Below are positions 40,963 through 41,525 of a DNA stretch of 41,525 nucleotides, piece after piece. The notes under the pieces were generated by a model. It was given only the letters and a program-made list of their open reading frames with translations. It was not told the origin of the DNA and made no database searches. Source of the stretch: an uncultured Candidatus Saccharibacteria bacterium (lineage in GTDB: Bacteria; Patescibacteriota; Minisyncoccia; Phycocordibacterales; SBAW01); the NCBI GenBank assembly GCA_964367315.1, contig CAYIWV010000002.1, positions 1 through 41,525 on the forward strand. Reading direction: 5' to 3'. The position numbers and the translations under genes are program-made. How positions within the stretch are numbered: the stretch's first letter is position 1; each line of letters begins with the position of its first letter.

Positions 40963-41386
40963 AAAAACAATCGGTTATTTGTGGCATACGCGCTTCGCGC
41001 ATTTTTTTGCGGTCGGCTCGAGCGGCGTGCTTATTAACCTCGCGTTGACCGCATTCTTCGCGGAGCTTGTCTTCGGCCGCGAGCAGTACTTTTCCGCCTA
41101 CCTTATCGGGCTCTCCGCCAACCTGCTCTACAATTTTATACTCCACACCATCGTTACGTTTAAAACCAAAGACAAGCATTTCCGGCGCCTCGTCATCTTC
41201 GTCGCATATTCGCTCACGCTGGCCTATGTGCAGGCGCGCGTGGTCAAAACCCTGACCGAGCTCATCGGCATCGACTGGTACTTGGTTGTCATCGCCGGTG
41301 TAATCATGGTCTTCTCTATCCTCACCTTCATACTCTTCAAGCTCGTGCTCTTTAGGGCCGAGAAAGAGTCCGAGTCCATGCATTAA
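40949..41386 (+). CDS. GtrA-family small membrane protein (putative lipid-linked sugar translocase component)
   Basis: Overlaps the upstream gene by 14 nt. 145 aa with four hydrophobic segments. FAHFFAVGSSGVLINLALTAFF...NLLYNFILHTIVTFK matches the GtrA signature. Confidence 0.8.
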   Translation: MEPIKKTIGYLWHTRFAHFFAVGSSGVLINLALTAFFAELVFGREQYFSAYLIGLSANLLYNFILHTIVTFKTKDKHFRRLVIFVAYSLTLAYVQARVVKTLTELIGIDWYLVVIAGVIMVFSILTFILFKLVLFRAEKESESMH

Positions 41387-41426
41387 TGGCTTTCCTCCCT
41401 CACGTCGCTGGGGTATAGTAGCTCGT

Positions 41427-41525
41427 ATGCGATATACCGATTATCTGCGCTGGGGCGTCCTTATCGCGCTCTTTGCGGTCCTGTTCGTGCCGTTTGTCGT
41501 CAGCGACGGCGGGGCCTCCTGGGCG
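41427..41525 (+). CDS. 5' end of a membrane protein (truncated by the window); possibly O-antigen-ligase/polymerase-like
   Basis: The ATG at 41427 is preceded by TATAGT (41414-41419). MRYTDYLRWGVLIALFAVLFVPFVVSDG resembles N-termini of CPR O-antigen-ligase-family proteins. Only 33 codons are visible. Confidence 0.3.
   Translation, partial: MRYTDYLRWGVLIALFAVLFVPFVVSDGGASWA

Noticed and set aside
1-41525. Alternative genetic code (UGA recoding, as in some CPR lineages).
   Set aside because: TGA closes many well-delimited ORFs exactly where the next gene starts (ATGA overlaps at 5599, 8800, 10619, 17680, 24303, 32252 and 39628). No conserved domain is interrupted by an in-frame TGA.
1-41525. 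Mobile element, prophage, CRISPR array, tRNA/rRNA genes or a classical defence system.
   Set aside because: I saw no integrase, transposase or recombinase motifs and no long terminal inverted or direct repeats. No intergenic region exceeds about 110 nt, so there is no room for arrays or RNA genes, and none contains tRNA-like T-arm sequence. The only nuclease is a small DEDDh exonuclease with no ATPase, helicase or methylase partner.

Overview
The window is almost entirely one large, mostly plus-strand cell-surface glycan biosynthesis and modification locus. It comes from a fairly GC-rich bacterium using the standard genetic code: TGA works as a stop, and many ATGA start/stop overlaps are present. 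The gene content and protein styles look like a Parcubacteria/CPR-type genome, but that is only an inference. All domain calls below come from motif recognition by eye, not from HMM or BLAST searches.

Content in order:
- 2-2048: the 3' end of a TraD/VirD4-like ATPase with a proline-rich tail, followed by a ComEA-PKD-LTD surface protein.
- 2087-21398: a long run of translationally coupled sugar-nucleotide enzymes (three SDR-type enzymes and a UGDH-like protein), about eight GT-B glycosyltransferases, a GT47-like protein, a methyltransferase, a Wzx-like flippase and a YfhO-type GT-C protein. This run is interrupted by a two-gene minus-strand islet at 3640-4397.
- 21487-29723: a cassette punctuated and closed by intrinsic terminators. 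Two cobalamin-type radical SAM enzymes bracket a methyltransferase, a cupin, an orphan GT-B protein, a NeuB-like synthase and two tandem NeuA-like cytidylyltransferases. I consider this the best candidate for an undescribed pathway.
- 29751-35849: two more YfhO paralogues and a GT2-methyltransferase fusion.
- 35930-36502: a stand-alone DEDDh exonuclease.
- 36545-41386: a divergent FAD oxidoreductase next to a GtrB-like GT2, methyltransferase, ArnT/PMT-like GT-C and GtrA-like module.

I saw no rRNA, tRNA, CRISPR array, transposase or integrase. Base composition is visibly mosaic, with lower-GC blocks at about 16.3-21.4 kb, 23.1-25.5 kb and 32.3-34.3 kb.
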